Origin: a cyanobacterium endosymbiont of Rhopalodia gibba
Lineage (GTDB): Bacteria; Cyanobacteriota; Cyanobacteriia; Cyanobacteriales; Microcystaceae
NCBI GenBank assembly: GCA_045159875.1
Contig: CP067995.1
Span: 640,001 to 704,000 of the forward strand
Reading direction: 5' to 3'
DNA: 64,000 bases
A model generated the notes under the pieces. That model had not been told where the DNA came from and did no database searches. It worked only from the letters and a program-made list of their open reading frames with translations. This document shows positions 33,980 to 45,384 of the stretch, piece by piece. Both the position numbers and the translations under genes were made by a program. The stretch's first letter is position 1. Each line of letters starts with the position of its first letter.

Positions 33980-34929
33980 TGCTCAGACAATAACTTAAAT
34001 GACTTGAGTCTAAGTATAACTTGATTTTTAAATTGCCCATCACTTAAAAAATTTACATAAATAATTACTATTTTTATAAATTTAGTATAGATAAATGCCA
34101 AAGCTATCTTGACTAACGATATATTATAAAATTTAGATACCAACTTATTAGATTAAATCTACAAAATCAACTATATTATCAATAATAACATAGTTGATTT
34201 TAAAATAGACGATTATGTTATTTATACTTTTATATCTTACATCATCTAATGTCTAAATTATTTCTGTAGACACGTTATTTTTTAAAAAGCTAAATTAATA
34301 TATTTGCCATTATATAGAAAATCTCAATTTAATTATCAGTTATGTAAAACATTATTTTTGGACCTATTTTAATTAATAAAAATATTTTTTTATTTGCAAT
34401 TTTTTCGAGCACTATTTTTACATTTTTTAGTAAGTTAGTCCTAATCTTGTGTTTTATTCTAATGCATTAGGAATGATAATGTTTCTTAAAATATATAAAA
34501 TATGAAAATAAACATTTTAAAAAAAATTTACAGTATTTAGTTATTTAAATGAAAATTTAATCTTTTAGTAAATAAAAATTATTTATTTTTTTAATCATAA
34601 TCTTGTCATGGCTAACTTTTGTACTTGTAAATTATTCAGGAATTATTTACTAAAAATATTTTTATTACTTACCTTACTAGATAAGTTTTAGATCCTAATT
34701 TTACGAAGGTAACAGTTTGATTTACACCCTTTTTACGAGAAACTGTAAATAATAAGTTTGAGCAGCTATGTTTACATTAATACCGGCAAAAAAAATGATA
34801 TTTATCAGTATTTTTCAAGCATAAAGAGTTAAAATTTTAAACTTAAACTTTATTATTGTAGTTTTTTTTATGATAAAGTACGACATAAAAATATCAAAAT
34901 TTTTATTTTAAAAAGTGTATATACGTACT

Positions 34930-35653
34930 CTAACTGTTTCAAAATTGAGTAACATTCGTATGAGTATTTTTTTTATAACGGACTACAAATTCTTAATTTT
35001 ATTTAAACTTGGATAGTCAGACAAAAGATACTATAGTTTGCACTCAGTTTTTTTTCCATTTACTTAATAGCTTTTTTTTTGTGCAAAGTGGCATTATCAA
35101 AAACAATAACATCTACTTATTTCTCTTAAAAAAGAGAACCTTGAGATAACTAAGTTTTCAATAAATCTCTATTACAACCCTTCTCAAGAGTTAAAAAACA
35201 ATTATTATTCTTTTTTTTAAAGTATTTATCTAAGCAGTCTTTTTTCGTTTTTTTATATTTTATAATGTATTATCTTCCTTGTCTAAAATTAGATAGATAA
35301 TTTTTTAAATTTTCACATCCTACTTCATCTGAATATCCCCTTCTGTATTTTAATTATTTTCTTTTATAATTCTTATTTTAGCTTGTATTTCTATTTATAT
35401 AGAAGTTTTTTTGATGGCTTCTTATCTGTAATACTTATGATTTAATATTCCATTTAGTGGTATTTTTCTCCTATAATTGGGCAATCTTCATTCGAGTTGT
35501 ATCGATTGGCAATAAACTTGATTTTTGTCGATATTAGATCTTACTATATTTTCTTTGGTTTATAAGTGACTGCTGTGTCGTTTTCTATTGTTCTGTTATT
35601 TTTAACTATAAAGATAAAAATATTTACTTTGTTTTCAATTCATAACACGCCAT
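34930..35653 (-). mobile_element. Decayed IS630-family (ISY100-like) transposase
   Basis: GYSDEVG (~YLDEAG), GCNRDLLKT*L (~SCNRDLFETWL), VIVFDNATLHK (~IIDNASFHK), CKL*YLLSDYPSLNKIKNL*SVIK (~YLPPYSPDLNKIENWWAVLK). Confidence 0.7.
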
Positions 35654-36107
35654 AATTTTTCTATATTGTTTTTGAGCGTAAATCTTGACAATTAAAATGC
35701 CAGGATGCTTAGGATCTTTAACTAAAATAGTTAATTATTTTCCTAGAGATTGCAAATTTTTTATAGATTTTTTAGGCAATCCTACGGCTGTACTAAAGTA
35801 AGAAAGCCCTGCTTTAAATATAAAACTTTTTTTAAATAAAGGTTTAAGAGATTATCAAATACTAAGTTGTCATGCTTCAGTTTAGGAAAGCCATTGTTAT
35901 TAACAACAAACAGTGTAATTGATAGATAAGATACTTTTATTTAATATTTTCTTACTGTAAAGAGGAACGTTCTATATTTGTACTATAAATTAAGAGTATT
36001 CAAAAAATCCAAAAATTTTATGAAGATATCCCTATACCTATAAGGGGATAAAAAGTTTACAAAGATATGGCAGCAACGAAAACTATGAAGACCCAGAAAT
36101 AATCTCA

Positions 36108-36803
36108 ATGCCATTACTTGCTCAACTGCTCATCTCGCCTTCCTATCTGGCACTACACATTCCAGACGGATTTTTAAGTCTACCTGTGAGCTTATTTACC
36201 TGGATTATTACTTTAGTCTTGTTATTTGTTGCCCTTAGACGAGTAAATGCTGAACTTGAAAAACAGGCAGTCCCTTTAATGGGAGTATGTGCCGCCTTTA
36301 TTTTTGCTGCCCAGATGATTAACTTTCCTATTCCTGGAGGAACATCAGGACATCTTGTCGGGGGAACTCTGGCTGTCATTCTTCTGGGTCCGTGGGGAGG
36401 AACTTTAGTGGTGGCTGTCGTTTTTATAGGACAAGCTGTATTATTTCAAGACGGTGGGATAACAGTTTTAGGCGCAAATATTTTGAATATGGGACTGTTG
36501 GGAACCTATGGTGGTTATTATCTCTACAAAGCGATCCGTTTAATCTTGGGTCATCGACGTTGGTCAGCCATCGCCACTGCTATCGCCGTTGCTGCTTGGA
36601 TAAGTGTGATGAACGCTGCTATCATTACAGCCATTGAATTATCTTTATCAGGAACGGTTTTGTTAACTCTAGGACTGGGGGCTTTAGTGTTTTGACATAT
36701 TTTCATTGGAATCGGTGAAGCCATCATTACTGTGCTTACCATTGCCTTTATCTGGCGATCACCTCCTGATTTGCTTTACAATCCCCCCCGTTTCCCCGAT
36801 TAA
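36108..36803 (+). pseudogene. cbiM: ECF Ni/Co transporter S component (NikM/CbiM) with one premature stop
   Basis: HIPDGFL, FAAQMINFPIPGGTSGH, DGG..LGANILNMG; TGA at 36693-36695 interrupts the frame, which continues HIFIGIGEAIIT..PDLLY to TAA at 36801. Confidence 0.9.
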
Positions 36804-37110
36804 TAATTCTCTAATTGAACGTATAGGATTAGGAGTAGCACTAATTATTATTATTTTTTTCTCTCCTCTTAATAGTTAAGACCCTGATGGACTAGATAGG
36901 GTTTCCCAAGACTTAGAATTTAAAAATAAAACCTCAGAGAATATACTCGCTAAAAAGCTCCCCTTCTATAGTATTTTTGAAAAATATGCCTTGCGTGGGT
37001 TTCCCAAAACCGTAGTAACTCCCCTAGCGGGTTTAATTGGAACTCTGGCAACTTTCGGTATTACTTGGAGTATAGGGAAGATATTAATTAATCGCAAAGA
37101 AGAATTATAG
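36802..37110 (+). pseudogene. PDGLE-domain (NikN-like) component pseudogene
   Basis: IGLGVALII..FSP..S*DPDGLDRVSQDL..TPLAGLIGTLATFG; in-frame TAA at 36877; no start codon visible. Confidence 0.85.
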
Positions 37111-37201
37111 CTATGGTAGTGGAAACACATATCTGAAACAATACGATGATTCTAATTCCACATTGAGGAATTAGAACATTTAGATACATAATTATGCAAT
37201 T

Positions 37202-37986
37202 GTGTTTTTGCACATTCATAATTTGGTCAAAGCTCAAAGACATCAATCCTGTACCCTATGGCATTCTCTAAACGCACAAACTCGCTTATTATCGGCATTG
37301 ATTATGGTTTTTGCTATTGCCTTAACCCCTAACAGACAATGGATAACCTGGGGAGTTTATGGGATCAGTGTCTTAATTGTTATTTTACTGAGTCAGGTTT
37401 CTTGGTCTGGGCTATTATCACAAGTGACTACCGAATTTGCTTTTGTTGGTGTTGTTTTAGTGGAGACTTTATTTCGGAACGATGGCCAAGTTATTTGGTC
37501 TTGGGGAGTAGTTCAAATTACTACCACAGGCGTCCTAGTACTAGGAAGTGTCTCTCCTAAGATTTTGTTGTCATTATTGACACTTAATTTGCTTGTCCTT
37601 ACAACAGCTGTTCCTGACCTTTTCGAGGGATTATTATCTTTGGGAATCTCACCCTTATTCGTAGCCATTATGGCGTCAATGTATCGTGACATTGACGTTT
37701 TAGTGCGAGAATTTACCACAATGAGACAAGCAGCTCTTTCTTGTAATTTAATGCTTAATACAACAACAAATCGTCTAATTAGAGGAAATATTATTGTTTT
37801 TTATTTATTAAAACCTATGAATGAGGAAAACTGATCTATCAAGCAATGCTAGCTAGGGGATATCAAGGTTTATCTTCAAAGGTAACTTCTCCTATTTATA
37901 AACAACAAGATAAATTGGTTTTTATTGCAACGTAAATTATTATTTTTTGTGGACAATTATTGTATTTATATCAGTACTTCCATTAA
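37202..37986 (+). pseudogene. cbiQ: ECF transporter T component (CbiQ/NikQ) pseudogene
   Basis: Frameshift near 37795; new frame from 37801 reads LFIKTYE*GKLIYQAMLARGYQG, with stops at 37822 and 37933. Confidence 0.85.
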
Positions 37987-38489
37987 GTCGAATTAAATGA
38001 AAAAATTGCCAAACTCTATGCCTTCAGATACTGTCGGCTTACTAAAGTAAAATTTTGCAAATAAATCAACATCAATAATTTAATTCCACAAAATAGATAT
38101 TTTAGTTTAAAAAATATTTTTTATTATTTTATTAGTAAACGAGTAAATCAATTACTATTGTAAAGTTATATATATTGTCTTAATAGAGTATCAAGCCGCT
38201 CATTAATTTTTTAAAAAAAATAAAAAATTACTGTTTTTCTGACATAGAAAAAAGATAAAAAAAACTGTACGTTACCTATAGTAGCTTGTCAATAGAAAGC
38301 TTAAGCGGCACTAGAAAAATTTTAGAGCGTATTGAATAGTAATTCAGAAAGAAGACTATCTAATAGTAAATCTTCTCCCCAAAAAACTGCTCTAGAATTA
38401 ATTTGACACAAACAAAAAATAAAAATAGCGATTACCTCACCGCAGAAGAAATTACAATCTAAGCGTTATTACTATTGTTTCCCGAATAT

Positions 38490-38850
38490 AAAAACTATAA
38501 TGTTCACTTATGAACAAGGAAAGTATAGTAAAATTGAGGCAAGACAAAGGGTTAATTTTTTTATCAAGTAAGATAATTCTACAACTCAGACAAAGATGGC
38601 TCAATATTAATTAATATAATACTGAGTTAGACGTACTGAAAAGTAGGAATAACTAAGAAAATTGTAAATATTAATAACACATAAACCATAATTATTTTTT
38701 TAAATCAACTAGAATGGATTGCTGAAATAGAAGTAGGTACTTAGACAGAGCAAGATTTAATGATAGACGAAATTGTCTATAATATGATTATGATACCAGA
38801 AAAAAAAGTGCTGTTTTCTAGGATCTCAAAGAGAAAAAGAAAAGGCTAGT
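38490..38850 (+). mobile_element. Possible decayed IS630-family transposase fragment
   Basis: AEIEVGT*TEQDL..DRR (~AEIELSVLTRQCL.RRI), TYEQG (~EYERNG); weak. Confidence 0.3.
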
Positions 38851-39454
38851 TAGATGAGTACTTTCAAACAGGAAAGAATCTTTACCCCTTTAGCTGTTGG
38901 AGGTATGTAATAAAGACTTACTTTGAAGCTTGGTCTCAAAGTTTAGTTCTTGGATTGGAAAGCCACCTTTGAGAAAACTTAAAACATTTTTATGTCATGC
39001 TATACAAAATAAATAATTTATATTTAAACTTTATTTCGTAGTTGAAAAGCTATACAAGTAAAGCATCAAAGTTATTTTAAATTGCTTTAGTTTTTTATTT
39101 TCTAAGAAAATTTCAGCAAAACTTGATAAATTACTTGATAAATTATTAACTGATTGATTCATTTGCTTAATATAAATGATAGCCTCTTTATAGTTGCGAT
39201 CTATTATATTCATGTAGCCCGATAGTTAGAACAGCTGATTTTTAGGCTTAAAGCGGTTGGATTGATTTTTTTTATTAAAGTGACTGATGATGACATAATT
39301 CTTTAATCTTATTAGTATTTTTATCAAAAAGCATTTAACTTTAGTTGAAGAGCTCAATCTTAGATTAAATCCTAATAAAAGCTAACTTAATGATTAAACC
39401 TCATTTGAGAAAGAATCCATTACAATAAATCTTAAATCTAGTGGACTGGGAATT

Positions 39455-41350
39455 ATGAGTGATACTATCCTCAACGTTTGTAACCTTCGTGTTGAATTTC
39501 CTCAAGAAGAAAAATCTGACCCTGTTGTTGCTGTAAATGAGATTAGTTTTCAACTACAACGAGGGGACATTTTAGGTATTGTTGGGGAATCAGGTTCGGG
39601 AAAATCCATCACTTCTCTAGCGATTATGGGGTTAATTCCTACTCCTGGTAAAATTACCAAGGGAGAAATTAACTTTTATCCGGCTAAAACTCCAGAAAAA
39701 CTTAGTGCACTTAAACGGGATGCTAAAAAATGGCAAGATTATCGGGGCGGAAAAATTGCCATGATTTTTCAAGAACCCATGAGCTCTTTCAACCCGGTTT
39801 ATACTATTGGTTATCAATTAACAGAAGCCATTCAACTTCATCAAAAAAAGATTACCAATCAACAAGCAAAGAATCAGGCGATTGCCCTTTTTCAAAAAGT
39901 TCAAGTTTTACCCAGTGATGAAGGATTAGAACAGAAATATTTAACTAATATTTTTTCTGAAAAAAAAGATATATCCGGCTCAGTTAACAAACAAATTAGG
40001 AATTATATTACTCAGGAAAAAGAGGCTTTTTTAAGACGTTATCCCCACGAATTATCAGGCGGACAATTACAACGGGTGATGATTGCAATGGCAATTTCCT
40101 GTAACCCAACTCTTCTCATTGCAGACGAACCGACTACAGCTCTTGATGTTACCGTTCAAGCAGAAATTTTAAGATTACTGAAAGATTTATGTAAAAGTGA
40201 AGAACATCAAGATATGTCAATGATCTTTATATCCCATGACTTGGGTGTTATAAATAAAATTGCTGACAAAGTCATAGTAATGTACCAAGGAAAAATTGTT
40301 GAACAAGGCTATAAAGATCAAATTTTCTATCATCCTCAACATGAATATACGAAAGGGCTACTCGCTTGTCGTCCCCGTTTAGAACCTCAATTAGAGCGAC
40401 TACCGACTGTCGGGGATTTTCTAAACCCTGATAGGATTAATTCTCAAGAAGATAATCAACCCCAAAAAATAAAGTATAGAATAATTTCTCCTGAAGAGAA
40501 ACAGCAACGTTTGGTAGGTTTATTACAAAATAATAAACCATTATTAAGAGTTAATAACCTAACAGTTGAGTTCAGTAAATCTGGAGTTTTTGGACAAAAA
40601 AAAGTTAATTTTAAAGCAGTAAATGACATTAGCTTTGAGGTTTATCCAGGAGAAACATTAGGACTAGTGGGGGAATCTGGTTGTGGAAAATCCACTGTGG
40701 CAAGGACAATTTTACGGTTAATTCCTACGACAAAAGGACAAATTTACTTTAAAAAATATCCCATTCATAAATATCCTAGTAGTAGCAAATTATTGCGTAA
40801 TTTACGTCGAGAAATGCAAATTGTTTTCCAAAATCCCTATAATTCTCTTAACCCTCGTTTAACCATTGGTCAGGCTATAGGCGAACCAATGGTCATTCAT
40901 AAAACTGGAAGAAATGCTAACCAGAGAAAAGAACGGGTGGCTTATCTTTTAAATAAAGTAGGTTTAGATGCTAATTGGCGTAACCGCTATCCCCATGAAT
41001 TTTCGGGGGGACAAAGACAACGGGTTTGTATTGCCAGAGCATTGGCACTCAATCCTCAGTTTATAATATGTGATGAGTCTGTGTCGGCTTTAGATGTATC
41101 GGTACAAGCACAAGTATTAAATCTATTAAAGGACTTGCAACACGAATTGCAATTAACTTATATTTTTATTTCTCATGATCTAAGTGTGGTACGGTTTATG
41201 AGTGATCGTATTATGGTAATGAATCAAGGAAAAATAGAAGAACTGGCATCTGCTGACACTATTGTTAATAGTCCTGCCAAGGAATATACTCAAAAGTTGA
41301 TTAATTCAATTCCCCATTTTCCAGAAGAACCTTTTTGGTTAGAAAATTAA
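39455..41350 (+). CDS. Peptide/nickel-type ABC transporter ATPase with two fused NBDs
   Basis: Two Walker A (GESGSGKS, GESGCGKS), two YPHE.SGGQ signatures, FISHDL twice. Confidence 0.93.
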   Translation: MSDTILNVCNLRVEFPQEEKSDPVVAVNEISFQLQRGDILGIVGESGSGKSITSLAIMGLIPTPGKITKGEINFYPAKTPEKLSALKRDAKKWQDYRGGKIAMIFQEPMSSFNPVYTIGYQLTEAIQLHQKKITNQQAKNQAIALFQKVQVLPSDEGLEQKYLTNIFSEKKDISGSVNKQIRNYITQEKEAFLRRYPHELSGGQLQRVMIAMAISCNPTLLIADEPTTALDVTVQAEILRLLKDLCKSEEHQDMSMIFISHDLGVINKIADKVIVMYQGKIVEQGYKDQIFYHPQHEYTKGLLACRPRLEPQLERLPTVGDFLNPDRINSQEDNQPQKIKYRIISPEEKQQRLVGLLQNNKPLLRVNNLTVEFSKSGVFGQKKVNFKAVNDISFEVYPGETLGLVGESGCGKSTVARTILRLIPTTKGQIYFKKYPIHKYPSSSKLLRNLRREMQIVFQNPYNSLNPRLTIGQAIGEPMVIHKTGRNANQRKERVAYLLNKVGLDANWRNRYPHEFSGGQRQRVCIARALALNPQFIICDESVSALDVSVQAQVLNLLKDLQHELQLTYIFISHDLSVVRFMSDRIMVMNQGKIEELASADTIVNSPAKEYTQKLINSIPHFPEEPFWLEN

Positions 41351-41501
41351 ATTTCTTGAAGCTTAAGGTATTGAATTTTTTAGAAAAATTAGGTTGTAAA
41401 CACATTATTTATTATTAAGATGAGTTGATTACTTATATAGTATGTTATTCATCTCCTCTTTCTTGATAAAGTCACTGATGAGGAGTCGGCACGAAGTCTG
41501 C

Positions 41502-41537
41502 AATGCAACATAAATGATGCATCATTTATGTTGCATT
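41502..41537. repeat. Perfect 36-bp palindrome without spacer
   Basis: AATGCAACATAAATGATG|CATCATTTATGTTGCATT. Confidence 0.95.
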
Positions 41538-41549
41538 ATATTTGCTTCA

Positions 41550-42500
41550 GTCATCCTTATGACCTGCATAATTATCTTTAAAATCAGCCATTGATAAATT
41601 TTTCAAGAAAGAAGATTTTGATGTTAATCTTTAAATTTTGTATCCGCTTTTCCATTCTTTTTACAGAATAGAAATCAAAGAAAATCCTTCAAGATTGTGG
41701 AGTTTATTTTTTTAGTGATTTATCAAATAAAGAAAATTGATTAATCATAGACAATAACTTCAGCAATATTAGACACTTTTAAAAGTTAATAGAGTAGTTT
41801 TTACAGGTGTAAGACTTTGTCGTGAGCCTCAGCTAAACTGTACATTAAAGTTGTCAGTGCTACACGATAGTAAAACATGAAGGTTGCTTTTGTGGAAAAA
41901 AATCCATAAGTTAAGGCTGTCTTTCGTATCAGTATTGTCATTTTGAGTAAATCTTCAATTCATTTGTCTAGAATCACTTATTAGGCTAGGAACGGTGGAT
42001 ATTTTGTAGTACTTATTGACCTAAGAAATATTATCTTTAAAGGGGTAATTCCCAATATTCAATAAGTAATTTAAACTATTAAGATTTATAATTTTTCCTA
42101 AGGATTAGTGGTAAAAGTTATCTTTAGTTCAAATTAATTTTTAATTAAAGTATAAACACCTTTAAAGTTAATAGAAAAAAACTCGAAGTAAAAGCTTTTT
42201 TTTATTCTTCCTATTTCTGGAATAAAAAAAACAAGTTATTTGACCAATAAATAGGCTTTTTATCACTAAAAATGCCAAGTTTTAGACCATTATTTAGGGT
42301 TAAGTGACCTTAATGAATAGCCATTTTCATATTCTCCCCAAAGAAAACTCTAAACTTGGTAGTCACTTGTCTAATCCAACACCTAATTATTCCACAACCT
42401 TTTGGGTACAAAAAATAAACTTTTTGACACTAACTAGCTCTTTTAAATAATTTCAATACTTAATCTAAGGTTTTTTAAAATAATTCTAAATACTTTTTAA
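41550..42500 (-). pseudogene. Probable Hik2-like sensor histidine kinase, very decayed
   Basis: Fragments LGIFSDKKPIYW (~GLLVT..DRPW), IEDLLK (~LQELLQ), LAEAHDKVLHL (~AIAQEKQLHL), LFDKSLKK*TP (~LIDNALKYTP); a kinase next to psaD-trpE is a recalled cyanobacterial synteny. Confidence 0.4.
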
Positions 42501-42670
42501 GCTAGTGTATTTTTGAGAGAATTAGTGAGGTTCTATGCACCTAGTTTAATTTAGCTTTTAGTTTTTTCTTTAAATCCTTTTTATTATTTTCTCTCTTTAA
42601 CTAGTATTTTCAGTCCTCAGTGATAGGTTGCTCTACAACACCTTACCTTATTGAGGCAAATAAAATCACT

Positions 42671-43096
42671 ATGGCAGAAGAACTTGAAGGAAAATGTCCT
42701 AAATTCGATGTTAGCACAGATGGTTTCTTCTTAAAAACAGAATGGGACTAGAAATATACGATTATCTAGATTAGTAAAAATGGGAAAATTTTTGAAATAC
42801 TTACTAGTAGCATCGCTATCATGAATAAAGGTAAAAATATCTTATATTTAGCTCAAAAAGAATAGTATTTATCCTTGATTACTAAGTTAAGAACCAAGTC
42901 TAAACCCAAAATTGAAGACTATAAAATATGCTATATATATTCTATTAAAGAAACCAAATATCTCCTGCTGATAATATTTTTTCCGAAAAAAATTGATGAA
43001 AGACGGTAATTTAACAATAAGAAAGACATAAAAATTGATGATTATTTTGAATCAGTAACCCTGAAGTTCTCAGGTAAAGCTCCTTACGAGGTTTAA
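42671..43096 (+). pseudogene. psaD: Photosystem I reaction centre subunit II pseudogene
   Basis: MAEELEGKCPKFDVSTDG..KYTII*..IFE..AIMNKGKNILYLAQKE*..LRTKSKPKIEDYKI..FSGKAPYEV*; several stops and frameshifts; upstream of trpE. Confidence 0.95.
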
Positions 43097-43344
43097 TATT
43101 CTCTCAATAATCAGGTTTTCTAACACTAAAACTATAATAGGGTTAAGTTAAACTCCTGCTCATTATCCGTCAAAGGAAATCGCTTTTAAATCCAACACTC
43201 CAACATTATTTAGTGCAAGTGCTCAATAGGTAACAGGTGTATCGTACCTAACCTTTGGCATTAATGTCTACTCATAGATGGTTGTTCTCAGTACCTAAGT
43301 CACGAGATAATGTTCATAGATAATTTCTGACTTTTTACTAGCTC

Positions 43345-44865
43345 ATGATCATTCCCGATTTTAAAGAATTTTGTGCCTTAGCGCAACAAGGCAATTTTGT
43401 ACCAGTCTATCAGGAGTGGGGAGCAGATCTCGAAACTCCCGTATCAGCTTGGTATAAGGTTTGTGGTGGTCAGCCCTACAGTTTTTTATTGGAGTCAGTA
43501 GAAGGGGGAGAAAACCTCGGACGCTATAGTTTTTTAGGATGTGATCCGGTTTGGGTTTTGGAAGCCAAGGCTAATAGAACTACTCAAATTCATCGAGATA
43601 ATTCAGTTAAAATCTTTGAGGGAAATCCATTTGACATACTGACCCAATGTTTAGTTTCTATTCGTCCGGTTACCTTACCTCAACTGCCATCCGGTATCGG
43701 AGGATTGTTTGGATTTTGGGGTTATGAATTGATTAATTGGATTGAACCCCGTGTTCCTATTTATCCTTTAATGGAAGACGACTTACCCGATGGGGTATGG
43801 ATGCAAGTGGATAATCTGATAATTTTCGATCAGGTAAAGCGAAAAATTTGGGCGATTGCCTATGCTGATTTACGGGAAGAAAACATTAACTTAGAAGAGA
43901 TTTATCAAAAAGCTTGTGATCGTGTCACTGGGTTAGTCCTAAGGTTAAAACTTCCCCTTCCCATGGAAGCCAAAACTCTAGAATTAAATCCTAAACCAGC
44001 CGAGTCAGATCTTTCAGGATATAATAGTAACGTAGGGCGATCACGTTTTTGTGCAAATGTTCTAAGAGCGAAGGAATACATCCGCGCAGGGGATATCTTT
44101 CAGGTTGTGGTTTCCCAACGCCTTAGCGCGACTTATGATAATGATCCTTTTAATCTTTATCGTTCTCTTCGCTTAATTAATCCCTCCCCTTATATGGCTT
44201 ATTACAATTTTGGGGACTGGCAAATTATTGGCTCAAGTCCAGAGGTGATGGTTAAAGCCAAACGCAGTGAAAATAAGATTAAAGCTATCTTACGACCTAT
44301 TGCTGGAACTCGACGACGAGGAAAAACCTCCATTGAAGATCAGGCCTTAGCTGAAGAATTGTTAAAAGATCCAAAAGAAATAGCCGAACATGTTATGTTA
44401 GTTGACTTGGGACGTAACGATTTAGGCCGAGTTTGTGTTAAAGGAAGTGTTACCATTGATGAGTTGATGATGATTGAACGCTATTCTCATGTAATGCATA
44501 TTGTGAGCAATGCAACAGGAGAGTTGGCTCCCGATAAAACTGCTTGGGATTTGCTTAAAGCTTGTTTTCCCGCAGGAACCGTAAGTGGTGCGCCAAAAAT
44601 CCGGGCGATGGAAATTATCCACGAGCTAGAACCTGAACGACGGGGACCTTATTCGGGAGTCTATGGCTACTATGATTTTGAAGGACAGTTAAATACTGCA
44701 ATCGCTATTAGGACAATGGTTGTCCGTCCTTTGGGTGAGGACCAACATCTCGTCTCAGTCCAGGCAGGAGCTGGACTGGTGGCTGATTCTGACCCCGAAA
44801 CGGAGTACGAAGAGACTCTCAACAAAGCCAGGGGGTTATTGGAAGCGATTCGTCGCCTGAGCTAA
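43345..44865 (+). CDS. trpE: Anthranilate synthase component I
   Basis: LLESVEGG, GDIFQVV, NPSPY, SSPE, AEHVMLVDLGRND, GTVSGAPK. Confidence 0.96.
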   Translation: MIIPDFKEFCALAQQGNFVPVYQEWGADLETPVSAWYKVCGGQPYSFLLESVEGGENLGRYSFLGCDPVWVLEAKANRTTQIHRDNSVKIFEGNPFDILTQCLVSIRPVTLPQLPSGIGGLFGFWGYELINWIEPRVPIYPLMEDDLPDGVWMQVDNLIIFDQVKRKIWAIAYADLREENINLEEIYQKACDRVTGLVLRLKLPLPMEAKTLELNPKPAESDLSGYNSNVGRSRFCANVLRAKEYIRAGDIFQVVVSQRLSATYDNDPFNLYRSLRLINPSPYMAYYNFGDWQIIGSSPEVMVKAKRSENKIKAILRPIAGTRRRGKTSIEDQALAEELLKDPKEIAEHVMLVDLGRNDLGRVCVKGSVTIDELMMIERYSHVMHIVSNATGELAPDKTAWDLLKACFPAGTVSGAPKIRAMEIIHELEPERRGPYSGVYGYYDFEGQLNTAIAIRTMVVRPLGEDQHLVSVQAGAGLVADSDPETEYEETLNKARGLLEAIRRLS

Positions 44866-44911
44866 TTCACCGTATCGATATAGAACCAATCGTTTTTTTG
44901 CTTAAACCTAA

Positions 44912-45219
44912 TGGGGGCGGAGAGACTTGAACTCTCACGACCTTGCGGTCAACGGATTTTCATTCTCTCATAGCTTTCGCTACTGCCGAAGCATTGGCTT
45001 TGAGAATTGGACTCTCCCTTTACCCTCAGCTTTACGTGTTAGGGTAGCTCCCGTCGAGTCTCTGCACCTTCCTCGAAAATTCCGAGGCTTGGCTCAGGAT
45101 TGCCTTATCTGTATTCCAGACTTAGGTTTCCCTGAGTTTGAGAGCGATCACTTGATAGATTTCTCTAACAAGGCTCAACTTTGTTAAGTCCGTAGCGTCT
45201 ACCATTCCGCCACGCCCCC
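44912..45219 (-). tRNA. trnL: tRNA-Leu(UAA), intron-containing; exon 1 45219-45186, exon 2 44960-44912
   Basis: Acceptor stem GGGGGCG/CGCCCCC + A; D arm GCGGAATGGTAGACGC; anticodon stem ACGGA/TCCGT; long variable arm; GTTCAAGT T loop; CCA not encoded. Confidence 0.97.
44961..45185 (-). ncRNA. Group I self-splicing intron (225 nt) in the anticodon U^AA
   Basis: TTGAGCCTTG near the 5' end, CTCAAACTCAGGGAAACCTAA, GGCAATCCTGAGCCAAG, GGTGCAGAGACTCGACGG, GAGAGTCCAATTCTC, terminal GAGAATG. Confidence 0.95.
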
Positions 45220-45384
45220 ATGATGTATTTTACCTAGAGCAGTCTAAGTAACTCACTGTTTTCTATCATAACATGATATTTTCAATCAGGCAACTTTTTT
45301 TGATCTTTTTTTTAAAAAAATTATAAGGCAATTTTCTCGGACAAAAGTCTCTTAAAAGAGATTTACGCCATATATTATGTTTGA

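Noticed and set aside
35860..36100. Possible cobalamin riboswitch upstream of cbiM
   Set aside because: Only scattered fragments (GGAAAG, GTGTAATT, ACTGTAA); no pairing core or B12 box
41503..41536. dif site reading of the 36-bp palindrome
   Set aside because: XerD-like arms are 12 bp apart rather than 6, and there is no XerC-like arm
44927..45187. 86-aa ORF on + strand
   Set aside because: It is the antisense of the tRNA-Leu intron and exon, not a homing endonuclease
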